Source: Candidatus Acetothermia bacterium | Lineage (GTDB): Bacteria > Bipolaricaulota > Bipolaricaulia > M55B111 | DNA length: 16,367 nt | Reading direction: 5' to 3' | Assembly: GCA_046543235.1 (NCBI GenBank) | Contig: JBKGZT010000030.1 | Coordinates: forward strand, 1-16,367 | Part shown: positions 1-8,086 of the stretch, in pieces | How positions within the stretch are numbered: the stretch's first letter is position 1 | Layout of the letters: each line of letters begins with the position of its first letter | Translations under genes and position numbers: made by a program | Notes under the pieces: model-generated | Seen by the model: the letters and a program-made list of their open reading frames with translations, nothing else | Database searches by the model: none | Told to the model about the DNA's origin: nothing

Positions 1-1
1 T

Positions 2-2341
2 ATGAACTCTTCTAATGAGAAGAAGGTGAAAGAGGAAAGATCGGGGCCGGTTGGCAGGGGCGAGGCCCGGGTCGACGCAGTGGATAAAGTTACGGGCAAG
101 TCGGTGTATGCCGACGACTTTAGACCGCAAGGCTTGCTGCATGCCGCTGTAGTTCGCAGCCCCGTCTCGAGCGGTAGGATCAAGTCCATCGATACCGACA
201 ACGCGAAGGGACTCGAGGGAGTAAGGGCGGTCGTTACAGCGGAGGACGTTCCGGGAAGCAATGCCGTCCCGATAATAGAGGATGACATGCCGGCTCTGGC
301 TTCCGATAAAGTCAGATACGTCGGGGAGCCGGTCGCTATTGTGGCCGGCGAGAGCGAAGAAGCAGCTGAGAAAGGAGCCGAGGCCGTTGAGGTCCGTTAC
401 GAGGAGACTGAAGCAGTGTTTGACCCGCTGGAAGCGCTCGAGGACGACAGTCCCCAGGTGGCGCAGGAAGGGGTTAACGAGGAAGGCAACTTGTTTACTC
501 AAATGGTCCTGGAGAAAGGCGACGTAGATCGGGCTCTGGAGGATGCTCCAGTAGTATTGGAAAACGAGTATCGAACGGGACACCAGGAGCACGGATACAT
601 CGAACCTCAGGGGATGACGGCGATACCGGTCGCACGGGGCAAGATGGAGATTCATGGCACTTTACAGTGCCCCTTCTACGTCCAGGAGGCGGTCTCCACG
701 GCGCTGGGTTACCCGATAAATAAGATAAAGGTAGTTCAACTGGAGACCGGCGGCGCCTTCGGCGGGAAGGAGGACGTTCCATCCCAGGTTGCGGTTCTTG
801 CCGCGTTGCTGGCCCATGAAGTAGAGAAGCCCGTCAAACTGGTCTACGATAGGCGTGAGGACATAGTAGCCACGAGCAAACGTCATCCTTCTGTGGTCCG
901 TTACAGGACGGCGGCCGACGAGGACGGGAAACTACAGGGGATTGAGGCAGAGGTATACATCGACGCAGGGGCCTATCAGACTTTGTCGGAGGCAGTGCTC
1001 TTCCGGTCGCTTGTCCACACCCCCGGACCATATTCAATACCGAACGTAAGAGTAGTGGCACGGAGCGTGGCCACGAACAAGGTTCCAAACGGAGCCTTCC
1101 GCGGGTTCGGAAGTCCGCAGGTAATATTCCCCCACGAGTCGCAGATGGATCTGCTTGCTGAGGATGTCGGAAAGGATCCCGCCGAGATCCGAGAACTCAA
1201 CGTACTGCGTTCCGGGGATCGTACCGCTACAAACCAGAAAGTGGAGAAAAGCGTCGGGCTTGGCAGAGCCCTGAGCCGGGCGAAGGAGCTGTCCAGCTGG
1301 GAGGAGACGAGGTCCGAATACGAAGAGTGGAACGCCAGCCACGACAGGATCAAGAAGGGTCTGGGTCTGTCGACCGTAATGTACGGAGTAGGAATGGGTG
1401 CGGGTGCGCCTTTTCTCGAGAAGGCAGGTGCTTACGTGAAGCTGGAACCCGATGGCTCGCTTACCGTTGCTGTTGGCAACACGGAAATGGGACAGGGTGC
1501 AGAGACGGTCCTGTCGCAGATCGCGGCCGATCCGCTCGGCCTGGAGGTCGAAGACGTATCCATCACCGAAGTTGATACCTCCCGAGTCCCCGATAGCGGT
1601 CCGACGGTCGCTTCAAGGACGACGACAATGGCCGGGAACGCGATAATGGACGCTGTGGACACCCTTAAGAAACGAATAGTAGCCCTTGCACGGGATGGTT
1701 TAGGCTGTTCCGAAGTATATTTTCAGGACGGGGACGTAATCGATAGCTCGGACCCCTCCAACAGGATCCCGCTGCCGGAAGTGGCCGGTGAAATGTGGGG
1801 AGAAAACGTGGACATGGCTGCGGAAGGCTGGGCGAAGAAGGGGATGAAGAACTGGCGGCCCGAAAAGAGCCAGGGAGACGCCTACTTTGTCTATTCCTAC
1901 GCGGCCCATGTCAGCGAGGTCAGGATAGATAGCCTGACGGGTCAGGTGAGGGTAACGAAGCACGTCGCGGTCCATGACTCCGGCAGGATTATCAATCCGA
2001 CGACCGCGGCAGGCCAAGTGGAAGGTGGGGTGGCCCAGGGGATCGGCTACGCTTTGATGGAGGACCTGGCAGTGGAGGATGGCCGCTTTCCCGATCCCGA
2101 TCTCACCAACTATCTCATGCCGACATCGCAGGACGTGCCGGAGAATCTCGTCGTGGATTTCGTGGAAGCCGATTACCCGGAAGGCCCTTACGGAGCCAAA
2201 GGGCTTGGAGAAGTACCTCTGATGGCCTCTCACGCCTCCGTGATAAACTCGGTTAGCCACGCGATCGGCGACAGGGTCCATCGTTACCCTGCTACCCCGG
2301 AGAGGGTCCTCGAAACCTTTCTGGACGGGAGGCGGGGTTGA
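2..2341 (+). CDS. xdhA: Xanthine dehydrogenase-family molybdopterin-binding large subunit
   Basis: 779-aa ORF with family motifs VG..EARVDAVDKVTG, GHQEHGYIEP, GGAFGGKED, AFRGFGSPQ, EMGQG, ASRTT, GQVEGGVAQGIG and GAKGLGEVP (catalytic Glu). The N-terminus looks complete, but the upstream region is outside the window. Ends TGA TAA. Confidence 0.93.
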   Translation: MNSSNEKKVKEERSGPVGRGEARVDAVDKVTGKSVYADDFRPQGLLHAAVVRSPVSSGRIKSIDTDNAKGLEGVRAVVTAEDVPGSNAVPIIEDDMPALASDKVRYVGEPVAIVAGESEEAAEKGAEAVEVRYEETEAVFDPLEALEDDSPQVAQEGVNEEGNLFTQMVLEKGDVDRALEDAPVVLENEYRTGHQEHGYIEPQGMTAIPVARGKMEIHGTLQCPFYVQEAVSTALGYPINKIKVVQLETGGAFGGKEDVPSQVAVLAALLAHEVEKPVKLVYDRREDIVATSKRHPSVVRYRTAADEDGKLQGIEAEVYIDAGAYQTLSEAVLFRSLVHTPGPYSIPNVRVVARSVATNKVPNGAFRGFGSPQVIFPHESQMDLLAEDVGKDPAEIRELNVLRSGDRTATNQKVEKSVGLGRALSRAKELSSWEETRSEYEEWNASHDRIKKGLGLSTVMYGVGMGAGAPFLEKAGAYVKLEPDGSLTVAVGNTEMGQGAETVLSQIAADPLGLEVEDVSITEVDTSRVPDSGPTVASRTTTMAGNAIMDAVDTLKKRIVALARDGLGCSEVYFQDGDVIDSSDPSNRIPLPEVAGEMWGENVDMAAEGWAKKGMKNWRPEKSQGDAYFVYSYAAHVSEVRIDSLTGQVRVTKHVAVHDSGRIINPTTAAGQVEGGVAQGIGYALMEDLAVEDGRFPDPDLTNYLMPTSQDVPENLVVDFVEADYPEGPYGAKGLGEVPLMASHASVINSVSHAIGDRVHRYPATPERVLETFLDGRRG

Positions 2342-2371
2342 TAAAGGTTGGGGGCACTAAAAGTGTTCGCT

Positions 2372-2408
2372 GGAGGCTGAACCCTGCAGTACTCCTACAC
2401 TTTCTTTT
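2372..2408 (+). terminator. Possible weak intrinsic terminator after xdhA
   Basis: Imperfect hairpin GGAG-GCTG/aaccctg/CAGT-a-CTCC (2372-2395), followed by TACACTTTCTTTT. The U-tract is offset from the stem. Confidence 0.3.
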
Positions 2409-2422
2409 GAAGTAAACTTAAT

Positions 2423-2451
2423 TTGATATCGAGTTTTCTCTCTGTTAGGAT
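2423..2451 (+). promoter_or_regulatory. sigma70-type promoter of the PLP enzyme-gntR-arcC-carbamoyltransferase operon
   Basis: TTGATA (2423-2428), 17-nt spacer, TAGGAT (2446-2451) with an extended -10 TG at 2443-2444, in an AT-rich intergenic region. Confidence 0.65.
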
Positions 2452-2453
2452 AG

Positions 2454-2485
2454 ATCTGTCAAACAGTTTTACCTGTATTACCGTT
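2454..2485 (+). promoter_or_regulatory. Tandem candidate GntR/FadR operators overlapping the predicted transcription start
   Basis: ATCTGTCAAACAGTT (2454-2468; CTGT-N3-ACAG inverted repeat) and ACCTGTATTACCGTT (2471-2485). The GT-N3-AC core is like FadR-subfamily operators, and a FadR-type gene lies in the operon. Confidence 0.5.
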
Positions 2486-2572
2486 CGACTGGTTTTTTCT
2501 TCGCTCGAACCGCGGGGGTTTCCGTAATTTAAGCAATTCGACAAAAAAAGAAAACAAAAACCGAGATAAGAG

Positions 2573-4078
2573 GTGTTTACGATTATAGATTTATCGATGG
2601 ACGAAGAACAATTGAAAAGCACGGTAGAGCGGGCAAGGGAAAGAGACATCATTATTCCAACACTGGAACAGCAGAAAAACCCCGAGTTAGTCCCGGACGT
2701 GATCAAGGACGAGTTAAAGGATGTCGGGCTATGGGATATCGACTCCAGGAACCTCTTCAGGATTACCTGGAAGAACGAACCCCAAAAACAGGGAGGTCTC
2801 TACGATGGAGTTAATTACATGGAACTGCCGACCGAACTAACCGGGGTGAACGCTAGGATAATCGCCCTCGTCGGCAAATGGTTTCCTACCGGCTCCCATA
2901 AGGTCGGGGCCACCTTTGGCTGCCTGGTGCCACGGCTTACGACGGGTCAGTTCGACCCGACATACCAGAAGGCCGTCTGGCCGTCCACGGGCAATTACTG
3001 CCGAGGTGGAGCCTACGACGCGGAATTGCTTGCCTGCGACTCCGTCGCAATTCTTCCGGAGGAAATGAGCCAGGAGAGGTTCGACTGGCTCTCCAAGGTC
3101 GCCGGTGAGGTGATCGCGACCCCCGGCTGCGAGAGCAACGTAAAGGAGATATTCGACAAGTGCTGGGAGCTCAAGGAAAGTCGGGATGATATAGTCATTT
3201 TCAACCAGTTTGATGAATTCGGCAACCACCTCTGGCATTACGAGGTAACCGGGGCGGCGATGGAGGAGGTGCTGGAGGAAGAACTCACCCCCGGCTCGAA
3301 TTACTCCGGTGTCGTTCTTACTTCTGGTTCGTCCGGCACAATGGGTTGCGGAGATTACCTGAAGAAACATTTTCCCACTTCGAAACTGGCAGTTGGTGAG
3401 GCGCTTCAATGTCCAACGCTGCTTAGGAATGGTTACGGGGGCCACAGGATAGAAGGGATAGGCGATAAACACGTGCCCTGGATCCACAACGTCAGGAATA
3501 CCGACATGGTAATTGATATCGACGATTCCAACTCGATGAACCTGATCAGGCTGTTCAACGAGCCGGCCGGTCAGGAGTACCTGGAGGAGAAAAACGTGCC
3601 GGTCGAGACGATCGAAAAACTACCTTTGATGGGGATTTCTTCGGTGGCAAACATGGCCTCGGCGATAAAATACGCGAAGTACTACGAGCTGGACGAGGAC
3701 GACGTCGTCCTGACCGTTTTTACCGATTCCATGGAGCTTTACGATTCCAGACTGGAGGAAATGAGGGCAGAAGAGGGTGAATATTCGAGGGAAGACGCGA
3801 TCAGGGACTACCACCAGTATATCCAGGGCTTGACCACGGACAACATGAAGGAGTTGACTTACTACGAGAAGAAGAGAATTCACAACCTGAAATATTACAC
3901 CTGGATAGAACAGCAGGGCAAGGAAACGGAAGAACTGGATGCGCAGTGGTACGACTGGCCCAATTACTGGGACGAAGTACACGGCCAGGTTGGCGAAATA
4001 AATCGACGAATTGAGGAATTCAACGAGAAGACAGGTCTGCTTGAGGAGCTAAAGTCGAAAAAGGAGTCCGGAAATTAA
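2573..4078 (+). CDS. Fold-type II PLP-dependent enzyme, cysteine synthase/CBS-like with N- and C-terminal extensions; substrate unknown
   Basis: PLP-lysine motif FPTGSHKVG, plus PSTGNY, phosphate loop TSGSSGT, HRIEGIG and GISSVAN (CysK-like). About 500 aa. The start is uncertain: GTG 2573, ATT 2582 (best Shine-Dalgarno geometry) or ATG 2597. Confidence 0.85.
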   Translation: MFTIIDLSMDEEQLKSTVERARERDIIIPTLEQQKNPELVPDVIKDELKDVGLWDIDSRNLFRITWKNEPQKQGGLYDGVNYMELPTELTGVNARIIALVGKWFPTGSHKVGATFGCLVPRLTTGQFDPTYQKAVWPSTGNYCRGGAYDAELLACDSVAILPEEMSQERFDWLSKVAGEVIATPGCESNVKEIFDKCWELKESRDDIVIFNQFDEFGNHLWHYEVTGAAMEEVLEEELTPGSNYSGVVLTSGSSGTMGCGDYLKKHFPTSKLAVGEALQCPTLLRNGYGGHRIEGIGDKHVPWIHNVRNTDMVIDIDDSNSMNLIRLFNEPAGQEYLEEKNVPVETIEKLPLMGISSVANMASAIKYAKYYELDEDDVVLTVFTDSMELYDSRLEEMRAEEGEYSREDAIRDYHQYIQGLTTDNMKELTYYEKKRIHNLKYYTWIEQQGKETEELDAQWYDWPNYWDEVHGQVGEINRRIEEFNEKTGLLEELKSKKESGN

Positions 4079-4122
4079 GGCTAAGGCGACCGCATTGCTG
4101 AGATCACCACGAGGTCGACTGC

Positions 4123-4860
4123 ATGGCAAAAACCACGGATATGTTTGACGAAATAGAACCCTCCAAGAAGAAGAGCGTCAAAGTGGCGGAGCAGATAATC
4201 GAGCTGATAGAACGGGGAGAGCTCAGCCCCGGAGATAAACTGCCATCCGAACACGAGCTCGCGGAAAAGATGGACGTCAGCCGGCCGTCGGTAAGAGAAG
4301 CATTAAGCGGACTTCAGGCCCTGGAGATCGTCGATACGAAGATCGGATCGGGGACCTACGTCAGCGAGTCGATCCTGGAGAGCACCCTGGTCTCGGCGGA
4401 TCTGTCGCTGATGGAAAAGGGGACGAGCCATCTGCAGATAATCGAAGCGCGTAAGAACCTGGAAAACGCCATGCTGGGAATTGCTATAAACAACCTGGAG
4501 AACGAAGATCTTGGAAGAGTCGAGGAAGTGCTGGCCCGGATGAAGGAACATTCCACGGAAAAGGAATACCAGCAATACATGGACGCCGATCATGATTTTC
4601 ACGAGGCGCTTGTAAAGCTGACGGGCAATCCTCTTGTATTGGAAGCCGCTCAACCCCTGCTCGCCACGATAAACGACTCTCTTTACAGAGAGTTGACCCA
4701 CAAGTACTACCTCGTGGACGATTCCCGGATCAGGCGATGTTTTAATATTCATAAGGACCTTTACAGGTCAGTAAAAGAAAAAGATCTGAAAAAGGCAAAG
4801 GATTCCATAGCGAGACACTGGGAACTGATGGAGAACGCCCTGGAAAAGGAGAATAATTAA
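4123..4860 (+). CDS. GntR family (FadR subfamily) transcriptional regulator
   Basis: Winged HTH LSPGDKLPSEHELAEKMDVSRPSVREAL..L...G.GTYV and a helical FCD domain (EARKNLE, DHDFH, later His residues). SD GAGGT at 4111-4115. Confidence 0.93.
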   Translation: MAKTTDMFDEIEPSKKKSVKVAEQIIELIERGELSPGDKLPSEHELAEKMDVSRPSVREALSGLQALEIVDTKIGSGTYVSESILESTLVSADLSLMEKGTSHLQIIEARKNLENAMLGIAINNLENEDLGRVEEVLARMKEHSTEKEYQQYMDADHDFHEALVKLTGNPLVLEAAQPLLATINDSLYRELTHKYYLVDDSRIRRCFNIHKDLYRSVKEKDLKKAKDSIARHWELMENALEKENN

Positions 4861-4882
4861 TTACTCCAACAAGGAGGAAAAC

Positions 4883-5842
4883 ATGGAAAGCAGTGAGAAG
4901 ACCCTGACGGTAGTTGCGTTGGGGGGAAACGCGATTTTGAAGCCGGGACAGGAGGGGACGGCTAGGCAACAGATCGAGAACGTAAACGAGACGACTCAGC
5001 AGCTGGCAAAGATGGTATTGTCAGGAGAGTACAAGATAGTCGTCTCTCACGGTAACGGACCGCAGGTGGGAAACCTGATGCTCCAGAACGAGCTGGCCAA
5101 AGAGGAGGTTCCTTCTCACCCGCTCGACGTCTGTGGAGCGGAAAGCCAGGGCTTTATCGGTTACATGCTCTCGCAGAGTTTAGACAACGTATTTAACGAA
5201 AACGGCCGAGGTGACATTCCCGTCTCGACCGTCCTGACACAGACCTTGATTGACAAGGACGACCCCGCTTTCGAGGATCCGTCCAAGCCGGTCGGCCCGT
5301 TTTACACGCAGGAAGCCGCAGAGGAGCTGCAGGAGGAGAAGGGTTACGAGATGATAGAGGACGCCGGTCGAGGTTACAGGCGGGTGGTTCCATCACCCAA
5401 ACCGAAAGCGATAGTTGAGAAGGAACCGGTGAGGCAGTTGCTTGCAGCCCATACGGTGGTTATTGCCGCCGGTGGCGGTGGGGTACCGGTAGTCAGGGAA
5501 GGCGACAGGTTGGTCGGCCGCGAGGCGGTAATTGACAAGGACCTGGCCTCCGAACAGCTAGCCGAGGACGTGGGTGCGGAAGTTTTGCTCATCCTAACCG
5601 ACGTTGAGAACGTCTATTTGAATTACAACGAAGTCGACCAGGAAGCACTGGGTCGGGTTACCGTCGATGAAGTTGAAGATTACCTCGAAGAAGGTCACTT
5701 CGCTCGGGGCTCGATGAAACCGAAGGTGGAAGCCGGAATTGAATTCGTCAAACAGGGTGGAAAGAAGGCAGTCATAACCTCGCTGAACAAGGTGCTGGAA
5801 GCCCTTGACGGAAACACGGGCACGACAATCACATCAGAATAA
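4883..5842 (+). CDS. arcC: Carbamate kinase
   Basis: VVALGGNAI, SHGNGPQVG, PSKPVGPFY, EDAGRGYRRVVPSP, AGGGGVPV, AVIDKDLAS, LTDV and GSMKPKV. SD AAGGAGG upstream. Confidence 0.96.
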   Translation: MESSEKTLTVVALGGNAILKPGQEGTARQQIENVNETTQQLAKMVLSGEYKIVVSHGNGPQVGNLMLQNELAKEEVPSHPLDVCGAESQGFIGYMLSQSLDNVFNENGRGDIPVSTVLTQTLIDKDDPAFEDPSKPVGPFYTQEAAEELQEEKGYEMIEDAGRGYRRVVPSPKPKAIVEKEPVRQLLAAHTVVIAAGGGGVPVVREGDRLVGREAVIDKDLASEQLAEDVGAEVLLILTDVENVYLNYNEVDQEALGRVTVDEVEDYLEEGHFARGSMKPKVEAGIEFVKQGGKKAVITSLNKVLEALDGNTGTTITSE

Positions 5843-5855
5843 AAAAGGAGGAAAA

Positions 5856-6893
5856 ATGTCAAACACACAACTACAGGGTAGGGATTTTATAAGCTGGTTG
5901 GATTTTGAAAGAGACGAGATCGACGCGATTCTGGAGGCAGCACACGACCTGAAACGCCGGCAGATCAGAGGAGAGAGACAGACAAACGTACTACCCGCCA
6001 AGACGCTGTTCATGCTCTTTTACAATACTTCGCTAAGAACGAGAAATTCCTTCGAAGCTGGAATGACTCAGCTCGGAGGTCATGCACACTTTCTCCAACC
6101 AGGGGCGGTCTATACCCCGGCTCTTAAAGGAGAAGAAGAAGCCTACTCCACGGAGCGGGTAAGCGACGTGGCGCGGGTACTCTCCGAAATGGGCGATGCA
6201 ATTTCGATCCGGATCTACGGTGACAAGACGGATTGGCAGTACGGCAAGGGTTACAAGATCCTGCAGCAGTTCGCCGAGTGGGGGTCCGTTCCGGTAATCA
6301 ACATGGAGGACGACGGTTATCATCCGAATCAGGCACTCGCGGACGTAATGACGATGCAGGAGAAGATGGGGAAAGACCTTACCGGAAAGAAGTTTACCAT
6401 GAGCTGGGCATATTCCGGCTCGGTGGAAAAGCCTCTGTCAGTCCCACAATCCGCGATCATCAGCGCTGCGACGATGGGCATGGACGTGACTCTGGCGCAT
6501 CCGGAAGGACTTGACCTCGCCCCTGACGTACTGGACGCGACCGAGAAGAGGGCGAAAAAACACGGAGGCGACTTCGAAATAGTCCACGACATGGAAGAAG
6601 GATTTGCCGACGCGGACGTCGTCTATCCGAAGTCCTGGACGCTTCAACCCACCGACGGTACGACTGCCGACCTGGATAAGGCCAGGGAAGTATTCGAAGA
6701 CAACAAGGACTGGATTACCACGCAGGAAAAGATGGAGCTGACTAACGACGCCTATTACATGCACTGCCTGCCCGCCGACCGAGGCATGGAGGTCACTGAC
6801 GAGGTCATTGACGGTCCGAATTCAATAGTCTTTCAGGAAGCCGGAAACAGGCTGCACGCGCAGAAGGGCCTGTTGAGCCTGCTGTTGTCTTAG
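5856..6893 (+). CDS. YgeW-like (knotted-type) carbamoyltransferase, paralog A
   Basis: ATG 5856 follows SD AAGGAGG; the ORF-track start at 5805 overlaps arcC. Motifs FYNTSLRTRNSF, HPNQALAD, MSWAYSGSVEKPLSVPQS (YgeW-like), YPKSW, MHCLPADRG and EAGNRLH. It lacks the OTC DxxxSMG loop. Confidence 0.88.
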   Translation: MSNTQLQGRDFISWLDFERDEIDAILEAAHDLKRRQIRGERQTNVLPAKTLFMLFYNTSLRTRNSFEAGMTQLGGHAHFLQPGAVYTPALKGEEEAYSTERVSDVARVLSEMGDAISIRIYGDKTDWQYGKGYKILQQFAEWGSVPVINMEDDGYHPNQALADVMTMQEKMGKDLTGKKFTMSWAYSGSVEKPLSVPQSAIISAATMGMDVTLAHPEGLDLAPDVLDATEKRAKKHGGDFEIVHDMEEGFADADVVYPKSWTLQPTDGTTADLDKAREVFEDNKDWITTQEKMELTNDAYYMHCLPADRGMEVTDEVIDGPNSIVFQEAGNRLHAQKGLLSLLLS

Positions 6894-6903
6894 GGGGTAA
6901 CAA

Positions 6904-7929
6904 ATGAGCTGGCACGACTTAGAAAACAAAGACATGATCAGCGTCAAGGATTGGTCGAAAGAGGAACTAGATATTCTTCTTAGGGTAGCAAATGACCTGA
7001 AGAGCAGGTACTACAGCGGGGAGGAGCCCGACATACTGGAGAACGACACCTTCATGATGCTCTTCTTCAACTCCTCCACGAGGACGAGACAGTCCTTCGA
7101 AGCGGGAATGAGTCAACTTGGTGGCCACTCGCAGTTCCTCGCCCCGGAGACCATGCGGATATCCCTGGACAGGGAGCCGGGTGGAGGGGAATCGATAAAA
7201 GACACCACCAAGGTCATGGGACGCTACGCCGAAGGTATAGGCGTAAGACTCCTCGAGGACAAAGTGGACTATTACGGGCAGGGGACCGAGATCATGTACG
7301 AGATGGGCAGGCATTCGACCGTTCCCGTCATAAACATGGCCTCCGACATTTATCATCCCTGTCAATCCATGACTGACGTCATGACGATGCAGGAAAAGGT
7401 CGGTAACCTGCGAGACAAAAAGATCGCGGTCACCTGGGCCTACTCGCCTTGGGTCCGATCCTGGGGCTCGATTCAGTCCAACATCCTTACCTCCGCCCTC
7501 TTCGGCATGGACGTCAACCTCGCTCACCCGGAAGGTTACGAACTCGACCCGGACGTGCTGGACCTGACGGAGGAGAACGCGAAGAAGTCGGGAGGTTCCT
7601 TCACGGTAACCAACGATATGGACGAAGCACTACAGGGCGCCGATATAGTATATCCCAGGAACTGGATGAGTCCGGACAGGTACGAGATCGGCAAGGAAAA
7701 GGAAATCGAGATGGCAGGTGAGCACCAGGACTGGAAGTACACCAAGGAGAGACAGGAAGAACTGGGAGACCCCGGATACTTGCTCCACTGTATGCCCGTT
7801 GATCGGGGCAACGAAGTGGACGACGAGATCATGGACGATCCCGAGCTATCTTTTGTCTACGATCAGGCGGAAAACAGGCTACACTTCCAGAAGGCACTGA
7901 TGGCCCTGACGATGGGTGGAAACCTCTAG
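6904..7929 (+). CDS. YgeW/AOTCase-like carbamoyltransferase, paralog B
   Basis: FFNSSTRTRQSF, HPCQSMTD, VTWAYSPWVRSWGSIQS, YPRNW, LHCMPVDRG and QAENRLH. No SMG loop. SD GGGGGT overlaps the upstream stop. Confidence 0.88.
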   Translation: MSWHDLENKDMISVKDWSKEELDILLRVANDLKSRYYSGEEPDILENDTFMMLFFNSSTRTRQSFEAGMSQLGGHSQFLAPETMRISLDREPGGGESIKDTTKVMGRYAEGIGVRLLEDKVDYYGQGTEIMYEMGRHSTVPVINMASDIYHPCQSMTDVMTMQEKVGNLRDKKIAVTWAYSPWVRSWGSIQSNILTSALFGMDVNLAHPEGYELDPDVLDLTEENAKKSGGSFTVTNDMDEALQGADIVYPRNWMSPDRYEIGKEKEIEMAGEHQDWKYTKERQEELGDPGYLLHCMPVDRGNEVDDEIMDDPELSFVYDQAENRLHFQKALMALTMGGNL

Positions 7930-7966
7930 AATCAGGTTTCCGGACGGATAAGAAATATCGGAAGTC

Positions 7967-7997
7967 AAACCCCCCTGCTCGGGGGGTTTTTTATTTT
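7967..7997 (+). terminator. Rho-independent terminator
   Basis: AAACCCCCC-tgctc-GGGGGGTTT perfect 9-bp stem followed by TTTATTTT, about 40 nt after the paralog B stop. Confidence 0.9.
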
Positions 7998-8010
7998 CCG
8001 TAATGTTAAC

Positions 8011-8039
8011 TGGATAATTTCCCTTCTATTAGCTATCCT
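8011..8039 (+). promoter_or_regulatory. Possible sigma70-type promoter for adenine deaminase
   Basis: TGGATA (8011-8016), 17 nt, TATCCT (8034-8039). It lies just after the terminator, where a new promoter is needed. Confidence 0.35.
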
Positions 8040-8086
8040 ACGTCTAAAGTTATCTAACCGGCTGTCCAACGAGCGAGGTGGGAATT

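Noticed and set aside
2339-2344. Selenocysteine readthrough at the xdhA TGA
   Set aside because: TGA is followed immediately by TAA and the protein is already full length.
2457-2462. Perfect TTGACA on the - strand as an antisense promoter
   Set aside because: No -10 element at 16-18 nt spacing; better explained as part of the operator palindrome.
2395-2706. 103-aa minus-strand ORF
   Set aside because: It overlaps the promoter and the PLP gene antisense, with low-complexity composition and no motifs.
1700-4752. Long antisense or alternate-frame ORFs (e.g. 1700-2281, 2837-3487, 4303-4752, and similar ones across the window)
   Set aside because: Shadows of well-supported genes, with no motifs or ribosome-binding sites.
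5856-7929. Calling the pair argF/arcB (arginine deiminase pathway)
   Set aside because: Both lack the OTC DxxxSMG loop, both have YgeW-type WAYS and YP(K/R)xW motifs, and no arginine deiminase is present.
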